In this document: piece after piece, positions 1 through 12,753 of the stretch
Numbering within the stretch: the stretch's first letter is position 1
How the letters are laid out: each line of letters starts with the position of its first letter
Translations under genes and position numbers: made by a program
Assembly: GCA_038087875.1 (NCBI GenBank)
Contig: CM075987.1
Span: 23,438,001-23,502,000 of the forward strand
Direction of reading: 5' to 3'
From: Malacoraja senta
Lineage: Eukaryota
Length of the DNA: 64,000 nt
Notes under the pieces: generated by a model
Seen by the model: the letters and a program-made list of their open reading frames with translations, nothing else
Told to the model about the DNA's origin: nothing
The model's database searches: none

Positions 1-130
1 TTACGAGTACCCTTACTACGAAGATATCAACGATGACAAGAACAAAGAGGGTGAATACAGTGTGGAGGAGGTGGAGACAGACTTCAGTTCACAGATCACA
101 GGCCCCATCACCGCCGTACCAGACCAACAG
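1..130 (+). CDS. Type V/XI fibrillar procollagen alpha chain (COL5A1/COL5A3-like), variable-region exon, 5'-truncated by window edge
   Basis: Frame from base 2 reads YEYPYYEDINDDKNKEGEYSVEEVETDFSSQITGPITAVPDQQ and ends at a phase-0 donor CAG|gtaagc. YEYPYYED matches the COL5A1 acidic variable region as I recall it. Confidence 0.85.
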
Positions 131-349
131 GTAAGCTGTGGACTTTGGGCGATTGGGCAGAGGAATAATAGGACTATTGGGCACGGGGATAATGGCATGA
201 TGGAGCATTGGGACACACAGGCCGTGGGAGAATGAGGCAACGAGTTATCCTGGCTTTTGGAAGGATTGGAACATCAGAGGACTATTGGTTGCAGGGGCAA
301 TAGGGTTTGGGGTACTGGGGGATTGGGGGACTGTGGCATGGGGCAGCGG

Positions 350-810
350 TGAGCGTTTGTCAGCACTGGGCCTGCACTCGCTGGTGTTTAGAAGAATGAG
401 GGGAGACCTCATTGAAACATACAGAACAGTGAAAGGCTTGGATAGAATGGATGTGGCGAGGATATTTCCACTATTCGCAGAGTCCAGAACTCCAGAAATG
501 GTAGTCGGGTAATGGCCTCAGTAGTAAAGGACGTTCTTTTAGGAATAAGATGCGGAGGAATTTCTTTGGTCAGAGGGTGGTGTGAATGTGTGGAATTCTT
601 TGCCACAGAAGGCCGTGGACGCCAAGTCAGTGGACATTTTTACGGCAGAGATAGATAGATTCTTGATTAATACGGGTGTCAGAGGTTATGGGGAGAAGGC
701 AGGAGAATGGGGTTAGGAGGGAGAGATAGATCAGCCATGATTGAATGGCGTGGTAGACTTGATGGGCCGAATGGCCTAATTCTATTCCTATCCCTCGGGA
801 CCTTATGACC
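350..810 (+). mobile_element. CR1 LINE 3' fragment
   Basis: LGLHSLVFRRMRGDLIETY..KGLDR motif plus CR1 3'UTR. Confidence 0.85.
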
Positions 811-1054
811 TTAATGCGGTCAAGGGTGAATGAGTGGAGGGGTTGGGACAATAGGACATTGGGAGGTTTGGGCATGTGAGCAGCATGCATGATGGTGGCC
901 TGGGATTTGGGCAGAGGGGGACCTGGACTAGTGAGGGACTGGGGGACGGGGCACTGGGGCAGGAGGAGTGTAACGAAGAACGGGCAATGGAATTGGGGAG
1001 TTGGGATTAATCATTGGGAGACTGGAGCTCAGGAGGATTGGGTCGGAAGGGATT

Positions 1055-1400
1055 CATAAGTTCATAAGTGATAGAATTAGTGATAGAATTAGGCCATTCG
1101 GCCCATCACTCCGCCATTCAATCATGGCTGATCTATCTCTTCCTCCTAACCCCATTCTCCTGCCTCCACCCCATAACCCCTGACACCCGTACTAATCAAT
1201 AATCTATATCTTCACCTTAAAAATATCCACTGACTTGGCAAAGAATTCCACAGATTCACCACCCTCTGACTAAAGAAATTCCTCCTCATCTCCTTCCTCA
1301 AGGAACGTCCTTTAATTCTGAGGCTGTGATCTCTGGTCCTGGACTCTCCCACTCGTGGAAACATCCGCTCCACATCCACTCAATCCAGGCCTGTCACCAT
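1055..1400 (-). mobile_element. CR1 LINE 3' fragment
   Basis: Reverse complement of the same CR1 tail. Confidence 0.8.
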
Positions 1401-1968
1401 TCATGATCACAGTGGTGGGAGGTTGGGGCAGAGGGCACTCGGGGCAGAGGTTGTGGGGGAACAGGGGCCTGTGAGGCTGGTGGGGTGCAGGGTTATTGGG
1501 AGGGGGGGTGGCCGGGGACGGCAGCGATGTAGGGGGACAGTGATCACGAGGGCAGTGGGTCGGTGCGACAGAGGGAGTAGGACCCCAGGGGCAGTGGGGG
1601 ACAGGGCGGAGGGAGGGCCGATGGTGCAGTCAATAGACAATAGGTGCAGGAGTAGGCCATTTGGCCCTTTGAGCCAGCACCGCCATTCAATGTGATCATG
1701 GCTGACCATCCCCAATCAGTACCCCGTTCCTGCCTTCTCCCCATATCCCCTGACTCCGCTATCTTTAAGAGCCCTATCTAGCTCTCTCTTGAAAGCATCC
1801 AGAGAACCGGCCTCCACCGCCCTCTGAGGCAGGGGCTGAATTGGCGAAGAGGCACTTTGCAAACGGGGCACGGTGGGGACGGGGGGGGGGAAGTGGAACA
1901 GACACGCGATGTCCACAGAATGCACCAGGGCTCCAATAGTGAATAATTAATTGATTACCAATTAACAG

Positions 1969-2181
1969 GAGACCTACCCGACGGAAGGGCCGGAAGAGGT
2001 GATCACGGTCACCATCCCTGGAACCACCGATGAAGCCGCCATTGAAGAATACCCCACCGTGGAAACAGGCTACTACGACAACTACGATGATGACTATTAT
2101 TTCCCAGAATTGACCGTCACGGATGAAACACCGGAGAAAGAGGATTACCCCGTGAATTCAGGGCAAGAATTCGAAAACGAG
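1969..2181 (+). CDS. Type V/XI procollagen, acidic Tyr-rich variable-region exon (213 bp)
   Basis: aacag|GAG...GAG|gtaagg, phase 0/0. Reads ETYPTEGPEEVITVTIPGTTDEAAIEEYPTVETGYYDNYDDDYYFPELTVTDETPEKEDYPVNSGQEFENE. Confidence 0.85.
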
Positions 2182-2389
2182 GTAAGGAGGGCTAATCCAG
2201 CCCAGGTGAGACCAGGTGGAGTTTAAGCCCTGTATTTGGGATCAGCTTCTCTCTCCCTCACTCATGGCCGAGTGTGGACTCCACAGCCTTCTGCTAACGT
2301 TAACCCCCCGCCCCCGCCCACCCAACGAGGCACTGCCTTCGTTTCTACGCAACGTGTCTCAGGGCTGGCAGTATTAGTCTCGCAACGGA

Positions 2390-2665
2390 CGGAGGTGGCC
2401 TCACGGCGCCAGAGACCCAGGTTCGACCCCTGACCACGGGTGCTGTCTGTACGGAGTGTGCACGTTCTCCCCCCCGGGAACCTGCGTGGGTTTTCTCCGG
2501 GTCCTCCGGTTTCCTCCCACACTCCAAAGACGCGCAGGTTTGTAGGTTAAGTTAGCTTCTGTAAAGTGCGTAGGCTGGATAAAGTACATGGGCGATTGTC
2601 GGCTGGCTTGGACGCAACGGGCCAAGGGGTCAGCTTTTCTACGTTGTATCTCCGAACGAAAGTAA
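2390..2665 (+). mobile_element. tRNA-derived SINE (HE1/V-SINE type)
   Basis: B box GGTTCGACCC, central V-domain-like core, CR1-like tail. Confidence 0.8.
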
Positions 2666-2974
2666 AAGGACACTAAACCTTCAGTGTAGTCGAATTCACC
2701 AGAGGAGTGAAAGTTTTCCATTGCCTGCGATGGAACATGAAGAGGAGAAGCTGGAAAGGCTGCGTTTGTTTTCCTGGGTGCAGTGGCTTGTGAGGGGGTG
2801 GCCACGTGATTGAGGTGCATAAAATAAAGAGTGGCAGGGACAGGGCAGACAACAGGGAGTGCATGAGGAAGTGGGATAGTCGGCGTGGACAGCGGGCCGA
2901 AGGGCCTGCTTCTGTGCTGTACCTTTCACTCAATCAATCCGTCATTGAGTGAAGCACTGCCTTTGTGGACACTG

Positions 2975-3320
2975 GAGTGAGTGGATGTGGAGAGGATGTT
3001 TCCACTAGTGGGAGAGTCTAGGAACAGAGGTCACAGCCTCAGAATTAAAGGACGTTTCTTTAGGAAAGAGATGAGGAGGAATTTCTTTAGTCAGAGGGTG
3101 GTGAATCTGTGAAATTCATTGCCACAGTGGAGGCCAAGTCGATGGGTATTTTGAAGGCGGAGATAGATAGATTCTTGATTAGTATGGGTGTCAGGGGTAA
3201 TGGGAGAAGGTTGGAGAGTGAGGTTAGGAGGGAGCAATAGATCAGCTAGGATTGAGTGACAGAGTAGATTTGATGGGCCGAATGGCTTAATTCTGCTCCT
3301 ATCACCTATGAACTTATGAA
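2975..3320 (+). mobile_element. CR1 LINE 3' fragment
   Basis: DVERMFPLVGESR..RGH..RRNFFSQRVVNL pattern and tail. Confidence 0.8.
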
Positions 3321-3479
3321 TCAAGTTACCATGACGTGGCGTGATTGTTGGGAGGTTCATCTGGTGTATTAACACCACTGGCAGAAGCAGGTTCTCTAAC
3401 ATGTACAGTCCTATAACATACCACACAGTTGTGTGTGGACACAATGAACTTCACCCGACTGTGGAAGTACCTTGATCAG

Positions 3480-3770
3480 GTTTAGTTTAGTTTAGAGCAA
3501 CAGCGGGAAACAGGCCCTTCGGCCCATCGAGTCAGTGCCGACCCCGTACACTAACACGATCCCACACGCACTAGGGACAATTTACAATTTTACATGTACC
3601 AAGCCAATTAACCTACAAACCTGTACGTCTTTGGAACGTGGGAGGAAACCGGAGCGCCCGGAGAAAACCCTCGCAGGTCGCGGGGAGAGCGTACAAACTC
3701 CGTACAGACAGCACCCGTAGTCAGGGATCGAAGCCGAGTCTCTGGCGCTGTAAGAGAGCAACTCTGCTCC
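3480..3770 (-). mobile_element. tRNA-derived SINE (HE1/V-SINE type)
   Basis: Reverse-complement copy with (CTAAA)n tail. Confidence 0.85.
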
Positions 3771-4206
3771 AGCGTGCAGGCCAGCAGCAGAGGTGAAGAC
3801 TTGCCTGACCTCTTGGTGGGCAGTAGACAATATAGACAATATGGACAATAGACAATGCAGGGGTTGACAGTCACAAACCCATATCTTGATCTTGTCTTCT
3901 GGAGAAAGGCCAATGGGTTTTAGAAATCCCTGGAGATATTCAGCAGGTCAGGCAACGTTTACGGAGTGCATGCATTATTTGGTTCGGTTTTTTACACAAA
4001 TTGACCATTCTTTGACCTTGTAGCTACAGGGGGGGAAAGTCCGATTACTTTTCACCCTCTTTGTGTGGGGGAAACTAGTTCTGTAAATCGCTAAACCTTA
4101 GCACTGCAACTCACGAGGCAGGAAAGAGGGTGGAGATGAAACTTGGGGAGGTCTGCACCAAGTTGCTAACCACGTCACTAAGGATGCATCTCTCTTCCAT
4201 TCAAAG

Positions 4207-4461
4207 ACGAGCATTACCTTTGACAGAGGGATGTTCAGCCACAACGCCACTGCATTTGAAGACAACTCTGAGCACACAATTGAGATCGTTGAGGAAGCAA
4301 TACCTGGCCACGGGTCAAGAAATGAAGACACGTTCAACGTCACAACAATCGGGGAAGAAGATCCCAACACTTTCTTTGATGAATTTGAAACTTATTACGA
4401 CTACGAAGATGAGACCATTGGCCCCGGGTCACCGGTCCGCACCGACACTGACTACGTTAGG
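4207..4461 (+). CDS. Type V/XI procollagen, third variable-region exon (255 bp)
   Basis: In-frame acceptor ctctcttccattcaaag|ACG and donor AGG|gtgagt. Reads TSITFDRGMFSHNATAFED...FFDEFETYYDYEDETIGPGSPVRTDTDYVR. The acceptor was chosen for phase compatibility. Confidence 0.8.
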
Positions 4462-4719
4462 GTGAGTTACCGATCACTCACCTTGCTCCTCATGGCAAAT
4501 CTCTTTCACTGTGGCCCATTCGAGCCTTTCCCAGCCTCAACCACCCTTTGCCCCAACACTATCCTCTTCCATGCATCTTCACTCTGCTCGGACACATTCA
4601 TTGCAACATTGAACAATACATGGGCACTCCCCAATGTCCCCAACTTTTAATATTAAGGTTAGATATCATCTGAACTAATGCCTGATGTACATTTCTGAAT
4701 CATGAGCCAGTGTTGAAGT

Positions 4720-5760
4720 CCTGCTCACTACAGTATTGAAATCATGCTCACTACAGTATTGAAGTCACACTCACTAGTATTGAAATCATGTTCACCGTAG
4801 ATTGAAATCACACTCACTGCAGTATTGAAATCATGGTCACTGATATTGAAATCATGCTCACTGATATTGAAATCACGCTCACTGATATAGAAATAATGCG
4901 CACTGATATTGAAATCACGCTCACTGATATTGAAATCATGCGCACTGATATTGAAATCATGCTCACTGATATTGAAATCATGCGCACTGATATTGAAATC
5001 ATGCTCACTGATATTGAAATCATGCGCACTGATATTGAAATCATGCTCACTGATATTGAAATCATGCGCACTGATATTGAAATCACGCTCACTGATATTG
5101 AAATCATGCGCACTGATATTGAAATCATGCTCACTGATATTGAAATCACGCTCACTGATATTGAAATCATGCGCACTGATATTGAAATCATGCTCACTGA
5201 TATTGAAATCATGCTCACTGATATTGAAATCACGCTCACTGATATTGAAATCATGCTCACTGATATTGAAATCATCCTCAGTGATATTAAAATCATGCTC
5301 ACTGATATTGAAATCATGCTCACTGATATTGAAATCATGCTCAGTGAAATTGAAATCATGTTCACTGATGTTGAAATCATGCGCACTGATATTGAAATCA
5401 TGCTCACTGATATTAAAATCATGCTCACTGATATTGAAATCATGCTCACTGATATTGAAATCATGCTCACTGATATTGAAATCATGCTCAGTGATATTAA
5501 AATCATGCTCACTGATATTGAAATCATGCTCACTGATATTGAAATCATGCTCAGTGTTATTGAAATCATGCTCACTGATATTGAAATCATGCTCACTGAT
5601 ATTGAAATCACGCTCACTGATATTGAAATCATGCTCACTAGTATTGAAGTCACACTCACTAGTATCGAAATCATGTTCACCATAGATTGAAATCACATTC
5701 ACTGCAGTATTGAAATCACGCTCACTATAGTATCATGCTCACTATAATATTGAAATCACA
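4720..5760. repeat. 21-bp minisatellite (CTCACTGATATTGAAATCATG)n, roughly 48 copies, intronic
   Basis: Direct tandem units visible, homogeneous in the centre and degenerate at the edges. Confidence 0.97.
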
Positions 5761-5997
5761 ATCACCACGGTATTTAAATCATGCACAGCACAGTTGTGAA
5801 GGTGTGCTGTACCTGCCCCTCAAGGACATGTATCTGTGCATCCAGTTCTACCAAGGAGTGCTGGATGGGACTATACAGGGAGCTTTTCCTCACTATTACC
5901 TCATGACGATATTATTGCTTGTACTTTGATCCATTCTCTAATTTAGTAGCGTGAAGTGAATTCAAATGAACTTATTTACTTCCCTTATAATTTGCAG

Positions 5998-6054
5998 GGC
6001 GACGGTATGAGAGGCGAGAAGGGGGAGAAGGGCGAACCAGCCATCATTGAGCCT
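5998..6054 (+). CDS. Type V/XI procollagen exon, start of minor triple helix (57 bp)
   Basis: tttgcag|GGC...CCT|gtgagt. Reads GDGMRGEKGEKGEPAIIEP; compare COL5A1 GPRGEKGQKGEPAIIEP. Confidence 0.95.
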
Positions 6055-6554
6055 GTGAGTGCACAGCCTGTACTGGTTTGTTATAGCTTGTTGCATTGAC
6101 TGTACTGAAACTTGCTGGAGTTTGCTGCCTACACTGTGCTAATATTTATTGTACCAATCTTGTCTGTACGTGAGGCTGGGTGTCTGCAAGAAATTTCCAG
6201 CCCATCACACAAACCTGCCTCTCCCCTCCCTCCCTTCATCGATTCCACCTGCACCACGCTCGCTCCCTTGGGGAAAGCAGCCAACATATTCAAGGACCAC
6301 TCACACCCCGGTTATCCTCTCTCCCGTCTCCCATCGGGTGGAAGACACACGGGCTTGAGAGCGCGTACCGTCAGATACGAGAGCAGCTTCTTCCCCGCTG
6401 TTATTCAACTCTAGACTCGCGAAAGCCACCGTGCCTCCTGCCCAATGGCGGCAGTGAGAACAAGGCCTGGCCTGCAGGGTGGAGATCATTGATGATAGAT
6501 GCTCCCGAAGGTGGAGAGGGCTGAGTCCTCCACTTTATATCCGTATACCAATTA

Positions 6555-7010
6555 CAGAATGGAAACAGGCCATCTCGGCCCTTCTAGTCCGTGCCGAACA
6601 CTTACTCTCACCTAGTCCCATCTACCTGCACTCAGACCATAACCCTCCATTCCTTTCCCGTCCATATACCTATCCAATTCATTTTTAAATGATAAAAACA
6701 AACCTGCCTCCACCACCTCCACTGGAAGCTCATTCCACACAGCTACCACTCTCTGAGTAAAGAAGTTCCCCCTCATGTTGCCCCTAAACATTTGTCCCCT
6801 AATTCTCAAATCATGTCCTCTTGTTTGAATCTTCCCTACTCTCAATGCAAAAAGCTTATCCACGTCAACTCTGTCTATCCCTCTCATAATTGTAAAGACC
6901 TCTATCAAGTCCCCCCTTAACCTTCTGCGCTCCAAAGAATAAAGACCTATCTTGTTCAACCTTTCTCTGTAACTTAGGTGCTGAAACCCAGGCAACATTC
7001 TAGTAAACTT
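6555..7010 (-). mobile_element. CR1 LINE 3' fragment
   Basis: ORF 6612-7037: SYRERLNKIGLYSLERRRLRGDLIEVF...NFFTQRVVAVWNELP. Confidence 0.9.
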
Positions 7011-7529
7011 TCTGATGCCTCTTGCGTTCCCGTGCATGTTTCCTCTTGCGGACCCACCGAGGTTCCACCAGGTTGCACCTGGTTGGGTGGAGCAGCTACA
7101 ACAACCAGCAGGCCACCATGCAGCCAGTCAGGATACCTTCTGCAGGCGTTTTGTTGCAGTATTGTGTGACATGCCGAACGTCCTTGAACCTCTTAACGAA
7201 AAGGTAGAGGTGTTGGCACGCCCTGTCCATGATTACATCCATGTGAAGGGATGGCCATCTGAGATGTCAACGCCAATTAATTTGTGGCTGCTAACTCTCT
7301 CCAATGCCGACCCACCAATGAAATACTGGAGCGTGGCCTCCTGACCTGCCCCTTTCGGACGTCAACGATTAGTTCCTTGGATATGTTGAGGTTGAGCGAG
7401 TGGTTGTTGGAGCTACATCAGCCAACCAGGTGTACCTGGTGGAACCTCAGTAGATCTGCTAGAGGACTATATATTGGTGGGACTAGTGTGACATACCTGC
7501 AGATGGAGCTATCTGGGGAGGAAGCAGTT

Positions 7530-7750
7530 TGAGGAGGATGGGGTTTTGAGTCGGTGGAGTTTTGAGTAGGTAGGGTTTTGTGGAGGTAGGGTCTTGTGGA
7601 GGGAAGGTTCTGACGAGGAAGCGGTTTGAGGAGAGAGAGTCTTGAGGAGGTCGGGTTCTGGGGAGGGGTTTGTGGAGGTAGGGTTCTGGGGAGGGGTTTG
7701 TGGAGGTAGGGTTCTGAGGAGGGGTTTGTGGAGGAAGGGTTCTGAGGTGG
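7530..7750. repeat. Degenerate G-rich ~28-bp tandem repeat (GGGTTCTGGGGAGGGGTTTGTGGAGGTA)
   Basis: GGGTTCTG recurs at 28-bp spacing (7653, 7681, 7709, 7737). Confidence 0.8.
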
Positions 7751-7779
7751 AGCAACTGTGTCCTCCGGCAGAGGAAGGG

Positions 7780-8130
7780 AACCACAAACCATGGGACAAT
7801 TGTGGACGCAGCCTAGTCCATCACACAAACCTTACCTCCCTTCCATTGACTCCATCTACGCATAACACACTGCCTGGGCAAGGCCACCAGCATAATCAAG
7901 GGACCAATCTCACCCCAGTCCACTCCCTCGTCTCTCCTCCCCTCTCCCTCAAGAGGTACGGAAGTTTGAAAGCTCATACCTCCAGATTTAGGGACAGTTT
8001 CTTCCCTGCTGTTATCAGACAACTGAACCATCCGCTCATCAGTGTCCTGACCTTTCATCTACTCACTGGAGACCTTCAAGCTATCTTGAATCGGACTTTA
8101 TTTGACTAAATGTTATACCCTTTATCTAGT
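7780..8130 (+). mobile_element. Rex1/Babar-like LINE 3' fragment
   Basis: RYGSLKAHTSRFRDSFFPAVIRQLN-type C-terminus. The tail continues at 8311-8400 and 8640-8670. A related copy lies at 6160-6415. Confidence 0.7.
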
Positions 8131-8312
8131 GTTTAAGAAGGAACTGCAGATGCTGGAAAATCGAAGGTAGACAAAAGTGCTGGAGAAACTCAGCGGGTGC
8201 AGCAGCATCTATGGAGCGAAGGAAATAGGCAACGTTTCGGGCCGAAACGTTGCCTATTTCCTTCACTCCATAGATGCTGCTGCACCCGCTGAGTTTCTCC
8301 AGCACTTTTGTA
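8130..8312. mobile_element. Fold-back Penelope-derived mini-element inserted in a Rex1 tail
   Basis: Palindrome centred near 8241, flanked by near-identical TATACCCTTTA(T/C)CTAGT. Confidence 0.85.
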
Positions 8313-9109
8313 TACCCTTTACCTAGTATCTGTACACCGTGGACAGCTTGATTGTAACCATGTCTTTTCGCCGACTGGCTGGCATGCAACAGAAAAGCTG
8401 CGCACACAGAGTGGTGAATCTGTGGAATTCTCTGCCACAGAGGGTAGTTGAGGCCAGTTCGTTGGCTATATTTAAGAGGGAGTTCGATGTGGCCCTTGTG
8501 GCTAAAGGGATCAGGGGGTATGGAGAGAAGGCAGGTACGGGATACTGAGTTGGATGATCAGCCATGATCACATTGAATGGCGGTGCAGGCTCGAAGGGCC
8601 GAATGGCCTACTCCTGCACCTATTTTCTGTGTTTCTATGTACACATGACAATAATATACTAAACTAAACTAACGCTGAGCCGCAAACACTGAACTATAGG
8701 CAGTAACTGAAAGAACAGTGGAAACAGATTCAATGGTTAGACTCAAAGGGAGTTGAAACTATTTGACAAGAAATGTCTGTGGGTCTATAAAACTGGTGAG
8801 AACTGTTTGAAAGAGCCAGCACAGCACTATTAGCTGTTTGGCTGCCTCCTAAGCAGTAAAACTCCGTAAGTCAATATTGTGCTATGGACTCCACGTGGGG
8901 AGCAGGAGGTGAGAGAGTGAGTGAGTAAGCAGAAAGATTTTCATTAGGAAGGTGGGACTTGGACTTGGTTGTTTGGCTGCACCATGGACTTACTCGATTC
9001 CCAGCCACCTGTGTCCAGCTTTGGGCATCGAAGGGGAGGCGGTGGGTAAAAGGGACGAGCTGCCAGAAGAAGTAGTTGAGGCAGGGACAGGAACAACATT
9101 CAAAACGGG

Positions 9110-9400
9110 GGGCGGCAGGGTGGCGCAGCGGTAGAGTTGCTGCCTCACAGCGCCAGAGACCCGGGTACCATCCTGACTGCGGGTGCTGCCCGTACGGATT
9201 TTGTACCTTCTCCCTGGGACCGCGTGGGTTTTCTCCGGGTGCTCCGGTTTCCTCCAACACTCCATAAACGTACAGGTTTGCAGGTTGATTGGCCTCTGTA
9301 AAAATAGTTAATTGTCCCTGGTTGTGTGTAGGATTAGTGCTAGTGTACCAGGTCGGTGGGCCGAATGGCCTGTTTAGCTGCTGTATCTCTAAACCACACT
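9110..9400 (+). mobile_element. tRNA-derived SINE (HE1/V-SINE type)
   Basis: A box TGGCGCAGCGG, core and tail. Confidence 0.85.
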
Positions 9401-10709
9401 AAGCAAAAAGACATTTGGACAGGAACATGGATTGGAGAGGTTGAGTGGGATCAGGGGCAGGCACGGGTGAATGGGACTTGGTTGGATGGGGCACCTTGAT
9501 CTGCAAGGAGTAGGGTTCCATGCTCCATGTCTCCACGACTCTACGACCAAGAAGATATTGACAGTGGAAGGGTGTGGTACAGACTCACATGAGGTCTAGA
9601 GATGAGTCATGCGTGGGTTGTAGATAGACCTGCTCGACCTGAGACAGGCAAGATTAGGTGTTCATCAAGTTGAGGTGTTCACAACAATTAAAAGTGTTTC
9701 TGGGCACTTTGAGGGAAGTTTCTGCCTCTGCCGCCAAAACCTGGACCTGGAAGGCAAACTATTCTCACTCATGGAGGACCTGTAAAGACACTCGTCTTGT
9801 CCATTACTGCTCGAGCTGCCGTGTTCACCCACTGACCTGCCCATTGCCACCCGACAAGATAATGTCCCCGGCATCACACAAAGGGTGGGTGACGTTTCGG
9901 GTTGAGACCTTCTCTTCAGACTGAAGGATCTTGACCCGAAACGTCACCCGTTCCTTCTCTCCAGAGATGCTGCCTGTCCCACTGAGTTACTCCAGCATTT
10001 TGGGTCCATCTTCGATGTAAGCCAGCATCTGCAGTTCTTTCCATCACTCAAGGGGTGGTGGGTGGGCGGAACGAGCTGCCAGAGGAGGTAGTGGAGGCAG
10101 GGACCATCCCAAAGTTTAAGAAGCAGTTAGACAGGTACATGGATAGGACAGGTTTGGAGGGATATGGACCAAACGCAGGCAGGTGGGACTAGTGTAGCTG
10201 GGACATGTTGGCCGGTGTGGGCAAGTTGGGCCGAAGGGCCTGGTTCCACTCTATGACTCTATGGCATTCCCCAAAATAAAGGGATAGACCACGGACATTT
10301 CTAAGGCAAAGGGGATGTGGAACTCTGCACATGTGGAGGTCTGGGCCGAGGTTAAAGCAGCTTTTGGAGGAGGTAGCAAATGGAGACAAGACACAAGCCA
10401 GCCCTCGTTTAGTCAGAGGGGCTGAGTAAGTGCCTCCTGTTTCCCATCCATTATCCCCTTTACCCTGACGTGCCACAGAGGACTCAGTTCAGTTTTATTT
10501 CGTTTAGTTTAGGTTATTGTCGCGTGTACCGAGGTAACAGTGAAAAGCTTTTAGTTTCGAGCCAACCAGTCAGCGGAAAGACAACACATGATTACAATCG
10601 ATCCTTCCACCGTGTACACATACTTGACCAAGGGAATAATGTTTAGTGCAAGATAAAGTCCAATTAAAGATAGGCTGAGGATTTCCAATGAGGTAGATAG
10701 TAACGCAGT

Positions 10710-11050
10710 TCATAAGTTTATAGGAGCAGAATTAGGCCATTCGGCCCATCAAGTCTACTTCGCCATTTAATCATGACTGATCTATCTCTCCCTCCTAACC
10801 CCATTCACCTGCCTTCTCCCCGTAACCCTTGACGCCCGTACTAATCAAGAATCCATCTATCTCTGCCTTAAAAATATCCATTGACTTGGCCTCCACAGCC
10901 GTCTGTGGCAATGAATTCCACAGATTCACCACCCTCTGACCAAAGAAATTCCTCCTCATCTCCTTCCTAAAGGAACACCCTTTAATTCTGAGGTTATGGC
11001 CTCTGGTCTTGGACTCTCCCACTAGTGGAAACATCCTCTCCACATCCACT
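10710..11050 (-). mobile_element. CR1 LINE 3' fragment
   Basis: ORF 10795-11049: TRGHNLRI...QRVVNLWNSLP. Confidence 0.85.
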
Positions 11051-11814
11051 GGACATTGGAACTCCCTCGCATCCCCTCCCCGACCTCTGAAGCCGACAGT
11101 CCCTGTAACATGGCCGGGTGGGGGAGGGGGGACCTCGGTTCATCCCGAGAACGAGGTGGAGACCTTAGACAGACACAAAATGCTGGAGGAACTCAGCGGA
11201 AGAGGCAGCATCCCTAGAGAGAAAGGAATGGGCGATGTTTCAAGTCGAGACCCTTCTTCAGAGACCTGGAGATCTTGGCGGGTTTGGACCGCATACAGAC
11301 CGACACAAAAAGCTGGAGTAACTCAGCGGGACGGGCAGCGTCTCTGGGGACAAGGAATAGGCGACGTTTCGGGTCGAGATCCTTCTTCCGACAGGTTTAG
11401 TCCACGTAAACCGTCCCTGCACCAACTCTCCCTCAGCCACACGTAGGAACACCTGCCGGGGAACATCTGCGTGGATATGGAAGCCGTGTTAATGTGTGAG
11501 TGACTAACACAGCGAGACCTTGGTTTGTCAGTAGTGGCCATCTGGTGAGAAGCCTTGTGTGTCTCTGTGTGTGTGGGATAGTCTATGGTCCAGGGCTCCA
11601 CTTCCTGACTGCTCCAGCGGGAAGCACAAAATTCATGGCCGGCATACCCGAGTCAACTCAGTCATTCCAGCTGCCTCTTGGAGAGAAATAAAATCCCAGC
11701 TCCTGAATTCCCAATTCGGCACTATGGAGCCGTGGCCTTTAACCCCTCCCTGGGACTGAGACAAAGACTTCATTCTTACTCTGGAAGAGCATTTAAAGCC
11801 ACCTGCCTCCCCCC

Positions 11815-12085
11815 CTGCTGCCTCACAGCGCCAGAGACCCGGGATCGATCCTGACTCTTGGTGCTGTCTGTACGGAGTTTGCACGTTCTCCCCGTGACCG
11901 CGTGGGTTTTCTCCGGGTGCTCCGGCTTCCTCCCACACTCCAAAGAGGTGTGGGTTTGTAGGTTAATTTGGCTTCTGTAAATTGTCCCCCAGTGTATATA
12001 GGATAGTACGGGCGATCGCTGGTCATCGCGGGCTCAATGGGCCGAAGGGCCTGTTTCCGTGTTATTATATCTCTAAAGCCTAAAA
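11815..12085 (+). mobile_element. tRNA-derived SINE (HE1/V-SINE type)
   Basis: Same consensus. Confidence 0.85.
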
Positions 12086-12711
12086 ATAAAGTTTAAGCTC
12101 AACGATGCCTCAGGCAACATTCCCCAAATCAAAAAATGGTCTGAATAGGGCTCATAACAGGCGACGTTCCCTGTGGTTATATTCCTAACGTTCCTTACCC
12201 TGCGACGTTCCCTGTGCTCCTGCTCTGACTGTGCTTCACCTTCACTGGGATTAAACATGGGGATGTGGAACGAGATGCCAAGTTGGGGGGGTGGGGGAGC
12301 GCATAGACTGGGGCACAGCAGAGTGGCGTCACGCATCAGGACAGGGAGAAAGCAGAAAACTGCTGGAAGAACTCAGCCAGTTGGGCCGCCTCTGCGGCAA
12401 GGGGGACCAAGTAATGGGGACACCACGAACTGCAGGTGCTGCGGCTAGAGCAAAGCACAAAGTGCTGGAGTAATTCAGTGGGTCAGGCAGCAGCTTTGGA
12501 CAACATGGATATTTATGTATGTACTTAATCTATGAACCACTGTTTAACGTTAGTACCTCCACCAATGTGAAGCACTTTGGCCAACGAGAGTTGTTTTTTA
12601 AATGTGCTATAGAAACAAAAGTGACTTGACTTGAGCCTCCAACCCTGTCATCGAGCGGGCAGTCGTGCAGTTGCCTGTATGTTTATTAACGTTGACGTTT
12701 CTGCCTTGCAG

Positions 12712-12753
12712 GGCATGTTGATCGAAGGACCTCCGGGGTCTGAAGGCCCACCT
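12712..12753 (+). CDS. Type V/XI procollagen exon (42 bp)
   Basis: ccttgcag|GGC...CCT|gtgagt. Reads GMLIEGPPGSEGPP; compare COL5A1 GMLIEGPPGPEGPA. Confidence 0.95.

Noticed and set aside
4728..5702. 324-aa and other long ORFs; ATTGAAA resembling CRISPR repeat ends
   Set aside because: By-product of a stop-free 21-bp tandem repeat, with no spacers or splice context.
9110..9190. tRNA genes at SINE 5' ends
   Set aside because: These are tRNA-derived SINE heads that continue into SINE body and tail.
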